DNA from: Gordonibacter sp.
Lineage (GTDB): Bacteria; Actinomycetota; Coriobacteriia; Coriobacteriales; Eggerthellaceae
Assembly: GCF_036659115.1 (NCBI RefSeq)
Contig: NZ_JAVXDF010000001.1
DNA length: 64,000 bases
Reading direction: 5' to 3' (one strand)
In this document: one piece after another, positions 39,077-49,158 of the stretch
How positions within the stretch are numbered: the stretch's first letter is position 1
Layout of the letters: every line of letters begins with the position of its first letter
Position numbers and translations under genes: made by a program
The notes under the pieces: generated by a model
Databases searched by the model: none
What the model saw: the letters and a program-made list of their open reading frames with translations, nothing else
What the model was told of the DNA's origin: nothing

Positions 39077-39826
39077 ATGGATGCTCGTTTCATCAACCTG
39101 ACGCCGGAGAACCTGGCCGACGAACAGGTGAGCTGCATCATTCGCAGCAAGAAACCCCACCCGGGTATCGAGGCTAAGAAACACTGGCTTGCTGAGCGCC
39201 TGGTAGAGGGCCATGTGTTCAGGAAACTGGATGCGAAGGCGACGGTGTTCATCGAGTATGCCCCGCTTGAGACGGCTTGGGTCCCCATCGTGGGAGACAA
39301 CTATATATACTTATACTGCCTCTGGGTATACGGTGCCCCCAAGGGACAGGGGTACGGCCGTGCACTCATGGAATACTGCTTAGCCGATGCCCGAGCCAAG
39401 GGTAAGTCGGGCGTGTGCATGCTGGGCGCCAAGAAGCAGAAATCCTGGCTTTCCGACCAGTCCTTTGCGAAGAAGTACGGGTTCGAAGTGGTCGATACTA
39501 CCAACAACGGCTACGAGTTGCTCGCCCTTTCCTTCGACGGAGGCATGCCTCGGTTTGCGCCGGGTGCCAAGGAGGAGCGCATCGAGCGCCAGGAGCTGAC
39601 GATCTACTACGACTTCCAGTGCCCTTACGTTCCGGGACATATTGAGTCGTTGAAGCGGTACTGCGAGGACAAAGGCGTCCCTTTGTCTCTCGTGCAAGTG
39701 GATTCGTTGCAAAAGGCAAAGGAGCTACCCTGCGTGTTCAACAACTGGGCGGTGTTCTACCAGGGGAATTTCGAGACGGTGAACCTGGTGGATACGGCTT
39801 ATGTGGAGAGAATCCTCAAGAAGTAA
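39077..39826 (+). CDS. GNAT acetyltransferase with YoaP-like C-terminal domain
   Basis: INLTPENLADE, VFIEYAPLETAWVP, acetyl-CoA loop KGQGYGRALM, QCPY. Confidence 0.85.
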   Translation: MDARFINLTPENLADEQVSCIIRSKKPHPGIEAKKHWLAERLVEGHVFRKLDAKATVFIEYAPLETAWVPIVGDNYIYLYCLWVYGAPKGQGYGRALMEYCLADARAKGKSGVCMLGAKKQKSWLSDQSFAKKYGFEVVDTTNNGYELLALSFDGGMPRFAPGAKEERIERQELTIYYDFQCPYVPGHIESLKRYCEDKGVPLSLVQVDSLQKAKELPCVFNNWAVFYQGNFETVNLVDTAYVERILKK

Positions 39827-39844
39827 GCCAGGCGGCCAGAGTAG

Positions 39845-40906
39845 ATGAGACAAGGAGTCGGCGTGGGTTCGAGTGAGTTGAGGGAAACTGCTCCCGGCGA
39901 AGGCGTTCATGCGGGGGAGGCATTCTTCCGCAAGCGGTTTTGGCGGGGCATCGTGTGTACGTTGGTGGGAGCGGCCCTCTGGGGATTTTCGGGGGCCTGC
40001 GCGCAGTTCCTGCTGTCGAACTACGCCATCACCCCGGCGTTCATTACTAGCGCCCGCATGCTGGGGGCCGGGTTGCTGTTCTTGATCGTGCTGTGGGCAA
40101 CGCAGCGCGAAAAGCTCTTCTCCATGCTGCGCGACAAGCTCACGATGGGCAGGCTTGCGGTGTTCGGCGGTGTGGGACTGTACTTGTGCCAGATAACCTA
40201 CGCCATCGTCATCGGCTACACGAACGCGGGCACGGCCACGGTGCTGCAGTGCACGGGCATTGCATTCGTCCTGCTGTTCACGTGCGTGTTCTTGCGACGG
40301 CTCCCGCGCGTACGCGAAACGGTGGGGCTGGTGGCAGCCATGGGCTCTACCTGGATCATTGCCACGCAGGGCGATGTGGGCACTCTGGCGTTGCCTTTGT
40401 CGGGGCTGGTATGGGGTATCGCGAACGGGTTGTCGGTCGCATTCTATATTATGTTCCCAAAGAGCCTTTTTGCCGAGTGGGGGAGCTTTGCCGTAACGGG
40501 CCTCGGTATGCTGGTGGGGGGCATTGCGGCTACGGCTGTATGGCTATCGGGTATCCTCGACGGCCAGGCAGGAGCGTTACCTGTCATGGATGCGGCGGGG
40601 TGGTCGGTCTTGGCTGTCATCGCCGTCGTGGGAACGTTCGCGGCGTTTGCCTTATACCTCCATGGGGTATCTGTTATAGGCTCGGTGAAGGGAAGCCTCC
40701 TTGGTGCCATTGAGCCGGTGAGCGCCACGGTGTTCGCGGCGCTGTGGTTGGGCACGGCGTTCACGGGAGCCGACTGGATAGGTTTTGCGCTCATGATCGC
40801 CATGATATTCTTGGTGACAGGGGAGAAGCCGAGCATGCCCGATGATGCCGCCGCCTCGAAAAGCGATGGCGAAGATCATGTTGGCAAGATGGCTTCTGAA
40901 TCCTGA
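39845..40906 (+). CDS. DMT/EamA family transporter
   Basis: LWGFSGACAQFL, NAGTATVLQ, GSLLGAIEPVSA, about 10 TM segments; start uncertain. Confidence 0.88.
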   Translation: MRQGVGVGSSELRETAPGEGVHAGEAFFRKRFWRGIVCTLVGAALWGFSGACAQFLLSNYAITPAFITSARMLGAGLLFLIVLWATQREKLFSMLRDKLTMGRLAVFGGVGLYLCQITYAIVIGYTNAGTATVLQCTGIAFVLLFTCVFLRRLPRVRETVGLVAAMGSTWIIATQGDVGTLALPLSGLVWGIANGLSVAFYIMFPKSLFAEWGSFAVTGLGMLVGGIAATAVWLSGILDGQAGALPVMDAAGWSVLAVIAVVGTFAAFALYLHGVSVIGSVKGSLLGAIEPVSATVFAALWLGTAFTGADWIGFALMIAMIFLVTGEKPSMPDDAAASKSDGEDHVGKMASES

Positions 40907-40966
40907 CAACTCCGCGTTGCCCTACAGTGGGGAGGTGTCGCAACGCGATTGTCCAACCTATGGCTT

Positions 40967-41060
40967 GCAGGTGGGCGCAGCTGGTGGGTGCGGCTGGTGG
41001 GTGCAGCTGGCAGGTGCAGCTGGCGGGTGCAGCTGGTGGGCGAAGCTGGTGGGTGCAGCT
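40967..41060. repeat. 13-bp minisatellite, consensus GCTGGTGGGTGCA, about 7 copies
   Basis: Seven contiguous units with 0-2 substitutions each and no spacers. Confidence 0.9.
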
Positions 41061-41091
41061 GCTGACGGCGCGGGAGATGGTAGGTTCGGTG

Positions 41092-41231
41092 TGGACAAAA
41101 ATAGCGTTCGGGGCCTTGCTCAGCGTATGGCAAGCGTCTATGGGGTTTTGCGACCTGGTCTTTTGTATGCCAGAAGTTGATTTGCCTTCAAAATCGCTGT
41201 TTTTCGCAACCCCGAACCTCGTTTTTGTCCA
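41092..41231. repeat. About 140-bp element with terminal inverted repeats (MITE-like)
   Basis: TGGACAAAAA-tagc-GTTCGGGG ... CCCCGAAC-ctcg-TTTTTGTCCA. Confidence 0.55.
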
Positions 41232-41330
41232 TGACCCTTTGAATTATATAAATGGAAGCGCTGTATGCACGACGTTGGAAAGCGGGTAGCATTCTGCTCG
41301 GTCAGCTCGCCGACGTCGATGGCTTCCGGG

Positions 41331-42152
41331 CTAGGTGCCGTAAGGACGGAATCCGAAGTAGGTTTCCAGCGCGTCGGCGAAAGCTGCTTCGTCGGGCAGC
41401 GGCGTGCGGGTTCTCTCGCCGTTGGCACGCACAGTCAGCGTGTCGTCCCAGATGCCGTAGTAGCCATCCTTGGTGCGTAGGTTGGCGATGCGGTGGTCGT
41501 GGAACTCCATGCCAGGTTGCGAGCACGACAGGTTCAGCGAGTCGAAGTCCTTGTCGGTAACTGTTGCCAAGCAGAATTCTACCTCGGTCTGCGTGCGCGA
41601 GGGCCCCTCGATGCCGTAGAGATCCTTCTTCGCTTGGGTTACGCGGTCGATGGCCCACCAGTAGTCGTCAAGTTTGTTGGTGGTGAAGCGCTCGCCGCGG
41701 ATAACCTGCTCCTGTCCGTTGCTCAAGTTTACCGAGGCACACGGCAAGGGGCCGCCGAACCCTACGTCGGCGAACACCTCGCGGCCGTCGATTGCCACCA
41801 AGATGCCCCGATGGTTGATGGGGTCTTTCTCGATCTGTCCGCACACGGCGCGGCACAAACACGGGCGCGCTGCGAATCCTAAGCTGACCAACAGGCGCTC
41901 GAACAGCGCGTTCAGCTCATAGCAGTAGCCGCCGCGATGTTGCGTGACGATCTTGTCGAACACGTGGCCGGGATCGAGGTCGGGTGCCTCGGTGCACTGG
42001 TGCATGTCGATGGTCTCGAACGGAATCGAGCATTGATGGGCGTATACCAGCTCGTCGAGCGCGCCCTGCGTTGCGCCTGCCGGCCTCGTGCAGCCGATGC
42101 GCTCCAAGTAGGCTTGCGCCTGCGGTGCGGTGAAGGCTCCTTTGTTTTCCAT
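41331..42152 (-). CDS. Arylamine N-acetyltransferase family protein
   Basis: YLERIG, IPFE, RGGYCYELN (Cys), NH (His) and DVGFG (Asp) catalytic triad. Confidence 0.92.
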   Translation of the reverse strand: MENKGAFTAPQAQAYLERIGCTRPAGATQGALDELVYAHQCSIPFETIDMHQCTEAPDLDPGHVFDKIVTQHRGGYCYELNALFERLLVSLGFAARPCLCRAVCGQIEKDPINHRGILVAIDGREVFADVGFGGPLPCASVNLSNGQEQVIRGERFTTNKLDDYWWAIDRVTQAKKDLYGIEGPSRTQTEVEFCLATVTDKDFDSLNLSCSQPGMEFHDHRIANLRTKDGYYGIWDDTLTVRANGERTRTPLPDEAAFADALETYFGFRPYGT

Positions 42153-42422
42153 GATGTCCCCTGTCCCCTGAAAGCGCAACGCGATCCCCTGAACGCATTG
42201 CTGATATCGATGACTATAATACTCGACAGAGGCATGATAGTGCTCGCCAATCTTATGTTGGGAGGGCGAAGACGCCCTTGAATCCGAGGTGTTTTCTTGG
42301 CTATAATCGGCTGCGAGAATGAGGAAGGGCGAACGCTCGGGACCCCTGTGCTGCTGCGGGTGAGGGCTGCGACAGGCGCTTTGGTGAAATAGACATTAGC
42401 TCGAGAAAGAATGGACGGGGAA

Positions 42423-43490
42423 ATGACAAGCGATTCCGAGACTCGGACCGAGGAGGCTGCAGTGCCGTGGGGAGGCGATAGCTCTCAGACGGGGCGCTTG
42501 CGCGTGTTCGACCTGCACTGCGACACGCTGGATCGACTGGCGTTTCATGGTGATCCATCGGTGCCGGGAGGGTTCGCGGAGCATGATGCGCTCATCCCTG
42601 CATCGCGCATGAGCTCGCTGGCGGCCAACGACGCGCAGGTGTCGCTCGACCGCATGGAGGCGTATCGGTGGTGCCAGTGCTTCGCGGCGTTCATTCCCGA
42701 CGAGGCGCGCGGCAATGCAGCGTGGGGGCTGTTCGAGCGCGTGCGTGCGGTATGGGAACGCGAGCTGGAGCGCCATGCCGACAGACTGGCGCGCGTGCGC
42801 AGCGTGGCCGATATAGAAGCGGTCCATGCTGCAGGTAAGACGGCAGGGCTGTTCACGGTGGAGGGTGCGTCGTTTTTAGAGGACGACGGAACGGCCGAGG
42901 AGCGCCTCGACACGTTGGCCGACGCGAACGTGCGCATGGTCACGCTCACTTGGAACGGGCGCAATGCGCTCGGCAGCGGCAACGACACCGCGCATGGCCT
43001 GACGGCGTTCGGCCGCGTGTGTGTGCGCGAGTTGGAGCGGCGCAGCATCGTGGTGGACGTGTCGCATCTAAACGACACCGGGTTTCGCGACGTGTGCGAG
43101 GCCGCGACGCGCCCCTTTGTCGCTTCGCATTCGAATGCACGCAGCGTGTGCGGCCATCCCCGCAACCTCGCCGATTGGCAGCTGCGCGAGCTTGCCGACC
43201 GCGGTGGCATTGCGGGCTTGAACTTCTGTACCGATTTTGTGTCCGAAACCCATGCCGACCCCACGCGCGATGACGTGCTGCGCCAGGTGGATCGCATCCT
43301 GAACGTGGCGGGCGAGGGGGTGCTGGCACTGGGCAGCGACTACGACGGCTGCGACGTTCCTAGCTGGTTGAATCCTTGCGACAAGATAGGCACCTTGCAC
43401 GAATTGTTGGTCGCTCAGTTCGGCGCAGAAATAGCCGACAAGGTGTTCTTCGACAACGCACACGCCTTCTTCGAGCGGTTGGAGGGGTAG
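42423..43490 (+). CDS. Membrane dipeptidase family protein (peptidase M19)
   Basis: DLHCDT, TVEG, TLTWN, VDVSHL, ASHSN, LGSDYDG. Confidence 0.92.
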   Translation: MTSDSETRTEEAAVPWGGDSSQTGRLRVFDLHCDTLDRLAFHGDPSVPGGFAEHDALIPASRMSSLAANDAQVSLDRMEAYRWCQCFAAFIPDEARGNAAWGLFERVRAVWERELERHADRLARVRSVADIEAVHAAGKTAGLFTVEGASFLEDDGTAEERLDTLADANVRMVTLTWNGRNALGSGNDTAHGLTAFGRVCVRELERRSIVVDVSHLNDTGFRDVCEAATRPFVASHSNARSVCGHPRNLADWQLRELADRGGIAGLNFCTDFVSETHADPTRDDVLRQVDRILNVAGEGVLALGSDYDGCDVPSWLNPCDKIGTLHELLVAQFGAEIADKVFFDNAHAFFERLEG

Positions 43491-43614
43491 GGCGCTCGCG
43501 GGCGCCTGCGCTCGCGAGCGATGGTTGCGTCTTCGGCTGCCGGTTGGCTTTGGCCTGCCACCGCCCGGGAACTGTCGCTAGGGGACAGCTTCGACCTTCC
43601 GCGTCGGGGTGGCG

Positions 43615-44781
43615 CTAGGCTGCTTGGCTTGAGGGCGTTGCCGTGGCGGCGTACAGCTCCAGGTAGTCGCCGTCTTTCACCGTGACGGTTTGCGAGCTTC
43701 CGCGGATAACATACTTGGTGTCGGTGATGGAATCGTCGTTGAAGGCCAGGTCTTTCATGACGAAGGCCGCGCTGTCGTTCTCGGCGACGGCGGCTGCGTC
43801 GTTTTGCGCCGTGATGGTGTAGGTTCCGGCGGGCATGTCCGTGCCCACCCGGTACAACCCGCTTTGATAGGGTGCTGTCGGGGCGAACTCGGATTTCGAG
43901 ACGGGATAGAAGCGCGCCGTGTCGTTCGCGACGAAGGCGATGACATCCCCGCTGCCAAGCTCGGTGAAGTAGTTACCGAAATACACCACGCCGTCATCGA
44001 GGCGGTAGGAGCCGTTGCCGGCTTCCTTGAACACGTAGAAGTTCATCTCCTCGGCTTGGCTTCCCTCGAGGAAGTACGTTCCCGGCTGGATGTCCTTGCC
44101 AGCACCCACGGTGTAGACGCCTGCGGAACAACGCCCGTCTACCACGGAGTTGCTCATCTCGCCGTAGGCACCTCTGATCTCGTCGAGGGTGAAGGTATCC
44201 ATTTGCGCCGAGGGGTCGCTGTTGTCGTAATCGTACCCATAGTCGTCGTAGTTGTCGAGGTACGAACCGGAGTTGCGGTATTCCTGTGCACCAACGATGG
44301 CGGCAACGGTGGTGCAGCTTACGCAGCCACCGATGCCCAGCAAGAACACGAGCAGGCATCCGCCCAGCACCCACGGCCACGCCTTCTTCTTGCGAGGGGG
44401 CTCGGCGGCAGCGAAATAGGGCGGCTGTGCGGGATAGGGCGAGTAGGAAGGCTGCGCTCCGTAGGGCGCGGGCGGCACCTGTCCATACGGTTGCTGGTCG
44501 TATGCTTGCGGCGCACCGTATACAACAGGAGGTTGTTGCCCCGGATAGGGCTGCTGCGGATAGCCTTGCGGTGGGTAAGGCTGCTGCGGGTATCCTTGCG
44601 TCGCCGGGGGTTGCGGTACCTGCGGAGGATAGGCGGCAGCGGGCGAGGCGGTTTGCGCTCCTTCGCCGGGCATCGGCGGCACCTCGTAGGGCGACGGCGG
44701 GGTTGTTGGCACTTGGCCCGCCGGCTGGTCTCCTGAGGGCTCGGGGGTGCTACCGGCGTTCGGCTGCTCGGGCTCGGTCAT
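43615..44781 (-). CDS. Pro/Gln-rich single-pass membrane protein with duplicated GxYxVG..D..PGTY modules
   Basis: PYPPQGYPQQ-type repeats, TM after RKKK, modules GVYTVG...DIQPGTY and GLYRVGTDMPAGTY; ATGA overlap with the upstream gene. Confidence 0.8.
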   Translation of the reverse strand: MTEPEQPNAGSTPEPSGDQPAGQVPTTPPSPYEVPPMPGEGAQTASPAAAYPPQVPQPPATQGYPQQPYPPQGYPQQPYPGQQPPVVYGAPQAYDQQPYGQVPPAPYGAQPSYSPYPAQPPYFAAAEPPRKKKAWPWVLGGCLLVFLLGIGGCVSCTTVAAIVGAQEYRNSGSYLDNYDDYGYDYDNSDPSAQMDTFTLDEIRGAYGEMSNSVVDGRCSAGVYTVGAGKDIQPGTYFLEGSQAEEMNFYVFKEAGNGSYRLDDGVVYFGNYFTELGSGDVIAFVANDTARFYPVSKSEFAPTAPYQSGLYRVGTDMPAGTYTITAQNDAAAVAENDSAAFVMKDLAFNDDSITDTKYVIRGSSQTVTVKDGDYLELYAATATPSSQAA

Positions 44782-45947
44782 GACTGCTCCTTCTCGTTTC
44801 CATCTTGTTCGCGGAATATCTCGGCCGTTGCTTCGATCAGGTCGACGGCTTGTTGGGTGCAGGTGCCGACGCACAGGCCGCAGCCGATGCAGTAGCGCAC
44901 GTCGTAGGCAAGCGTGCCGTCGGCAGGGTTGGGGTAGCGAGCACCGGTCGGACAGGCGGCGACGCAATCGAGCGCATTCGTGCAGCGTGAGCAGTCGGTC
45001 TGCGAGACCACGACGGGCACTTTGCCCGCGATGCTCGGATCGCGCTCGATGGCCTCGAGGGTCATCTGCTGCTTGGGCCACATGGTCTTTTTCGTGCGTC
45101 CGTCGGGCGCGAAGTCGTTGAATTCCGTGCCGTTTCCCAGGTTCAGACGCGTGAGGGCACGCGAGCGCTCACGACGCTCGTAGAACTCCTGCAGCACCTC
45201 GGAGTTGCGCAGGCGGCGTTTGCCTGAAGCGATATCGCCCACGTCGCCCACGATGTTCGTGAACGCGCTGCGACGATCGACCCCGGTGGGATCCGTCAAA
45301 TCCTTGACCAGGCTCTCCTTCTCGGGGATCTCCTCGATCCATCCGATGCTGCGTCCACTCCATTGCTCGGCCGTCTCGATGGCGTGGGAGTACAGCAGCT
45401 CGCCCATGTCTCCCGCCCGTGGACAGTCGGTGCAGTAGGCCAGGTCGGCTGCGATCTTCACAGGGATGTTCTCGGAGAGCACCAGCGTCCAGAACTCGGG
45501 GGCAAGCGCCGCCAGGCAGGGAAGCACGACGACGTTGGCTGCCGGCTCGAGCCCGGGGAACAGGTTCTCCTTGCAGGTGAGCACCACGTCCTCGCCGCGC
45601 AGGGCGATACGGCGTATGCGTGCGTGCAAATCGTTCATGGTGACGCGTGTCGAGGAGAACGCGTCGCAGATACCCAGGCAGATGCCGCAGTAGGTGCAGG
45701 CCTCCGTGTCGAGGACGGGAACCCCCTCGTCGGTATACGAGACGGCCCCGTGGGGACAGGCTAAGGCACACCGCTCGCAGTCCGTGCCATGCGCTCGCGT
45801 GCAGAAGTCGCGCAGTACGACGATATGCTGAGGCCGCAGGCGCTCCTCAGCGCCGTCGACCTGCACGGATGCAGACTCGGCGTCGCGTTCGCATCCGTCG
45901 TCGGTTTCGAAGCCCTCTTTGTTTGCCAAGGGGCGGGCATCAGCCAC
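44778..45947 (-). CDS. 4Fe-4S dicluster (polyferredoxin-like) protein
   Basis: CERCALACP, CTYCGICLGIC, CSRCTNALDCVAACP, CIGCGLCVGTC; GTG start overlaps the gltX stop. Confidence 0.85.
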   Translation of the reverse strand: MADARPLANKEGFETDDGCERDAESASVQVDGAEERLRPQHIVVLRDFCTRAHGTDCERCALACPHGAVSYTDEGVPVLDTEACTYCGICLGICDAFSSTRVTMNDLHARIRRIALRGEDVVLTCKENLFPGLEPAANVVVLPCLAALAPEFWTLVLSENIPVKIAADLAYCTDCPRAGDMGELLYSHAIETAEQWSGRSIGWIEEIPEKESLVKDLTDPTGVDRRSAFTNIVGDVGDIASGKRRLRNSEVLQEFYERRERSRALTRLNLGNGTEFNDFAPDGRTKKTMWPKQQMTLEAIERDPSIAGKVPVVVSQTDCSRCTNALDCVAACPTGARYPNPADGTLAYDVRYCIGCGLCVGTCTQQAVDLIEATAEIFREQDGNEKEQS

Positions 45948-47511
45948 CGAACACCTCTTTCGTTGCAGCATCGATGCGCGCTAATACGTCGGCGCGGGGA
46001 AGAAGCTCGATGCTCTCGAACAGCGGCGGCGACACCATGTTGCCGCATATGGCTACGCGCAAGGGCTGGAACAGCAGCTTCGGCTTTATCTCCAATTTTT
46101 CGCCGCAGGCGCGGCACGCCTCCTGCAAAGCCTCGGCCTCCCAAGCCACGCTCTCGTCGGCCAGCACGCTGCGGCAGGCGGCGAGAGCTTCGTCGGCGCG
46201 CGCGCCTTCCTTGCGCAAAACCTTGGCTACGCTCTTCTCGTCCAGCTGCACGTAAGGGCCCCAGAACATGAACGCCAGCTTGTCCACAGCCTCGTCCAAG
46301 CGCGTCAGACGCTCGGCCACCAGCGGGTACAGCGCGCAGTACCACGTTGCGCGCTCCTGTACGTCGGCGAGAGCCGCCTCGATGGCTGCCTGGCTGTAGG
46401 CGCCTTCGGCCTCTTCGGGGTCGAGTGGCGTTCCGGCTGCGACGGCACTGCCCAGGATATTGGCCTTCGCCAGCCACAAAAGAGACGCCCTTACCCAGGC
46501 GTTCGCCCCCATGTCCTTGACATACTGGCCGTTCATCCAGTCAAGCTTCGTCTCGTCGAACACTGCATCCTTCTTGGTCACGCGGTCAAGCGTAAACTCG
46601 CGGCAAAGCGTCTCCCGATCAATAAGCGTCGTCTCGCCGTCGAGCGACCAGCCCAGAAGCGCCAGGAAGTTCACCATGGCATCGGGCAGGTAGCCGCGCT
46701 CGCAGAACTCCTCGACCGAGGCCGCGCCGTGGCGCTTCGAGAGCTTCTTGCTGTCCTGCCCTAAGATCATAGACAGATGGGCGAACGTAGGCACGTCTTT
46801 CCCCAACGCCTCGTAGATGAGTATCTGGCGCGGCGTATTCGACAGGTGGTCGTCGCCGCGGATAACATGCGTGATGCCCATGTTCGCGTCGTCGCACACC
46901 ACGGCGAAGTTGTAGGTGGGGGAGCCGTCCGTGCGCACGACGATCATGTCGTCCATGACCTCGACGGGGAAGCTCACGTGTCCGTACACCGCGTCGTCGA
47001 ACTCGATGGGCTCGCGCTCGAGCGGCACCTTAAGGCGCCATACATGCGGCTCGCCTGCGGCAATGCGTGCATCAGCCTCGGCGGCATCGAGGTCGCGACA
47101 CGTGCGGTCGTAGCCCGCATAGCCGCCCTCTTCGGCCTCGGCTTTGGCACGCTTCGCATCCAGCTCGTCTTTGGTGCAGAAGCACGGGTACACGCTTCCG
47201 CGTTCCCGCATCAGCTTGAGCGCCGCCGCGTAGGTGTCCATGCGCTGCGTCTGGAAGTACGGTCCTGCCATGCCGCCTACCTCGGGGCCTTCGTCCCAAT
47301 CCAGCCCCAGCCACTTCATGGCGTTGATGATGACATCCACGTTCTCCTGCGTGGAGCGCTCCGGGTCGGTGTCCTCGATGCGCAGGACGAAATCCCCGCC
47401 GGTTGCCCGGGCGAACGCCCAGTTGTAGATGGCGGTTCGCGCCCCGCCCACATGGAGGCGCCCCGTCGGCGAGGGGGCGAAACGTACGCGCACTTTTTTC
47501 TCGTCAGTCAT
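45940..47511 (-). CDS. gltX: Glutamate--tRNA ligase
   Basis: RFAPSPTGRLHVGG (HIGH), LRIEDTD, IRGDDH, KLSKR, anticodon-binding C-terminus. Confidence 0.97.
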   Translation of the reverse strand: MTDEKKVRVRFAPSPTGRLHVGGARTAIYNWAFARATGGDFVLRIEDTDPERSTQENVDVIINAMKWLGLDWDEGPEVGGMAGPYFQTQRMDTYAAALKLMRERGSVYPCFCTKDELDAKRAKAEAEEGGYAGYDRTCRDLDAAEADARIAAGEPHVWRLKVPLEREPIEFDDAVYGHVSFPVEVMDDMIVVRTDGSPTYNFAVVCDDANMGITHVIRGDDHLSNTPRQILIYEALGKDVPTFAHLSMILGQDSKKLSKRHGAASVEEFCERGYLPDAMVNFLALLGWSLDGETTLIDRETLCREFTLDRVTKKDAVFDETKLDWMNGQYVKDMGANAWVRASLLWLAKANILGSAVAAGTPLDPEEAEGAYSQAAIEAALADVQERATWYCALYPLVAERLTRLDEAVDKLAFMFWGPYVQLDEKSVAKVLRKEGARADEALAACRSVLADESVAWEAEALQEACRACGEKLEIKPKLLFQPLRVAICGNMVSPPLFESIELLPRADVLARIDAATKEVFGG

Positions 47512-47571
47512 ACAGCTTCCAATCTTCTTTTCCTGTCACCAAGCCGTTCGACATGCCGTCTCCCCGCCAGC

Positions 47572-48327
47572 CTAAACCTGCCGTCGCAGGATGGATCCCA
47601 CAACAATTGCCAGTATAGACAACAGGCCGGTAACGGCAAGCCACACGGCCCCCATCCCCATCCAAAATGCAGTTGGATACATGGTGATGAGCAGCGACTC
47701 GTAGGAGAATGTCCACGTGCCGTCTGCAAAGAATAGCGAGTGGAACACGGCGAAAAACCCATCGAAGTTCACCGCAGCCACGATTCCTAGCATAAGGAAC
47801 ACGATGAGGACGGTGGTGCCGCCCATGAGCAGCGCTTCCCCGGCGTTGCAGCGTTTTCCCGAGAGCAGTAGTGCGAGCGTCAGCGCCACGGCAAGCACGC
47901 AGGTGCCGACAAGCCAGGGTCTCGCCTGCTCGACGACCAGATACACGTCGTCCAGATGCGAGATCGAGCTTTCATCGAGCGTGTAGTTCTCTTCAAGTCC
48001 CGACATCCGTTTCTCTTTGTTTGCAAGGGGTGTGTCGGCTTCCTGGTTTATAGCCTTGAGCACGTCGGCAAGGGCGGCTTGGTCGTGGGAGTCCACCGTA
48101 AAGTCGCGCGTGGCCACGGCGGCGCGCACCAGCTGGTCGTGCGTGAAGGCCGTGCCTGGATTGTCCATGCCGGAAAACGCGCCCGCTAGGGCTTGGGTCG
48201 TCTGTGGCAGGCAGCAGGCGGCAAAACCTGCCGCCACGAACGTGATGGCCAGCGCAATTGCCGCCACGATGGTTGTGATCGAGCTGGCGATGCTGCGGTG
48301 CTTGCCGATGGGATTTTTGCTGGTCAT
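47572..48327 (-). CDS. TIGR01906/DUF1461-family integral membrane protein
   Basis: SHLDDV and FDGFFAVFHSLFFADGTWTF...LITMYP motifs, about 4 TM segments. Confidence 0.85.
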   Translation of the reverse strand: MTSKNPIGKHRSIASSITTIVAAIALAITFVAAGFAACCLPQTTQALAGAFSGMDNPGTAFTHDQLVRAAVATRDFTVDSHDQAALADVLKAINQEADTPLANKEKRMSGLEENYTLDESSISHLDDVYLVVEQARPWLVGTCVLAVALTLALLLSGKRCNAGEALLMGGTTVLIVFLMLGIVAAVNFDGFFAVFHSLFFADGTWTFSYESLLITMYPTAFWMGMGAVWLAVTGLLSILAIVVGSILRRQV

Positions 48328-49076
48328 GAGAACATCGCTTTCTTGTTGGAGTAATGGTGGCGGGCGCGATTGGTTGTTTGGTCGGTGCATGCGCCTACGA
48401 ACGCCTTTGCAATTGCACGTGAATGCTTGTTCGGACGTTCCATTTCCGGATGCCACTGAATGCCCCAGAAAAACGATGATCGAGCTCGGTAGAATGCCTC
48501 GACGAGCCCATCTTCCGTTTGACCCATTACGTCCAAATCGGATGATAGTTCGCTGATTCCCTGGTGGTGAGCGCTGTTTGTCTTTATACTTAAGGTGCCG
48601 AGCGTCTTCGCTAGGGGAGTGTCTGCCACGGTGTTCACCGTGTGGGTGGCCTCGCTGAGGGGCTCTTCCTGCCAATGATTTTCGTATCGGCCGCAAGCTT
48701 TTAGGTCTTGGTGCAACGATCCGCCCAAGACGACGTTCGCCATCTGCATTCCCCGGCATATCCCCAAAAAAGGCACGTCCGCCGAGAGTGCGTACTCCAC
48801 GAAAAACGCCTCCGTTCCATCACGCTTCGGATTGGGTTTTTCGGTGGGGGAAAGCCTTTTTTCGCGGTATAAGGCTGGGTTGATATCGGATCCGCCGGGG
48901 ATGAGAAGACCGTCGCAGAGCGATAGGAGGGCTGTCAGATCTCCCCTTGAATCGCAGGGCGGTATAACCAGGGCAACGGCGTTTGACGATTCTAAAAACG
49001 TCACGTAGTCTCTGGCGATCGAGTAGCGTTCCGGATGGTAGTCGTATTGTGATGATATTCCCACGATTGGTTTCAT
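48324..49076 (-). CDS. Peptidase C26 / gamma-glutamyl-GABA hydrolase-like protein (class I glutamine amidotransferase fold)
   Basis: KPIVGI, DGLLIPGGSDINPALY, LGICRGMQ (Cys), NSAHHQ, IQWHPE (His-Glu). Confidence 0.92.
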   Translation of the reverse strand: MKPIVGISSQYDYHPERYSIARDYVTFLESSNAVALVIPPCDSRGDLTALLSLCDGLLIPGGSDINPALYREKRLSPTEKPNPKRDGTEAFFVEYALSADVPFLGICRGMQMANVVLGGSLHQDLKACGRYENHWQEEPLSEATHTVNTVADTPLAKTLGTLSIKTNSAHHQGISELSSDLDVMGQTEDGLVEAFYRARSSFFWGIQWHPEMERPNKHSRAIAKAFVGACTDQTTNRARHHYSNKKAMFS

Positions 49077-49158
49077 GAGGCCATTCCTTGTCTGAGATGG
49101 TACTGCTTTTGCTAGTATAATGGAATTAAACAAGTTGCATGGCGAAGAGGGTGGTTTG

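Noticed and set aside
40967-41060. Possible CRISPR array
   Set aside because: Contiguous 13-bp units with no unique spacers; a minisatellite.
44782-45081. Extended N-terminus of ORF 43615-45081
   Set aside because: Overlaps the Fe-S gene in another frame; the ATG at 44781 has an RBS and ATGA coupling.
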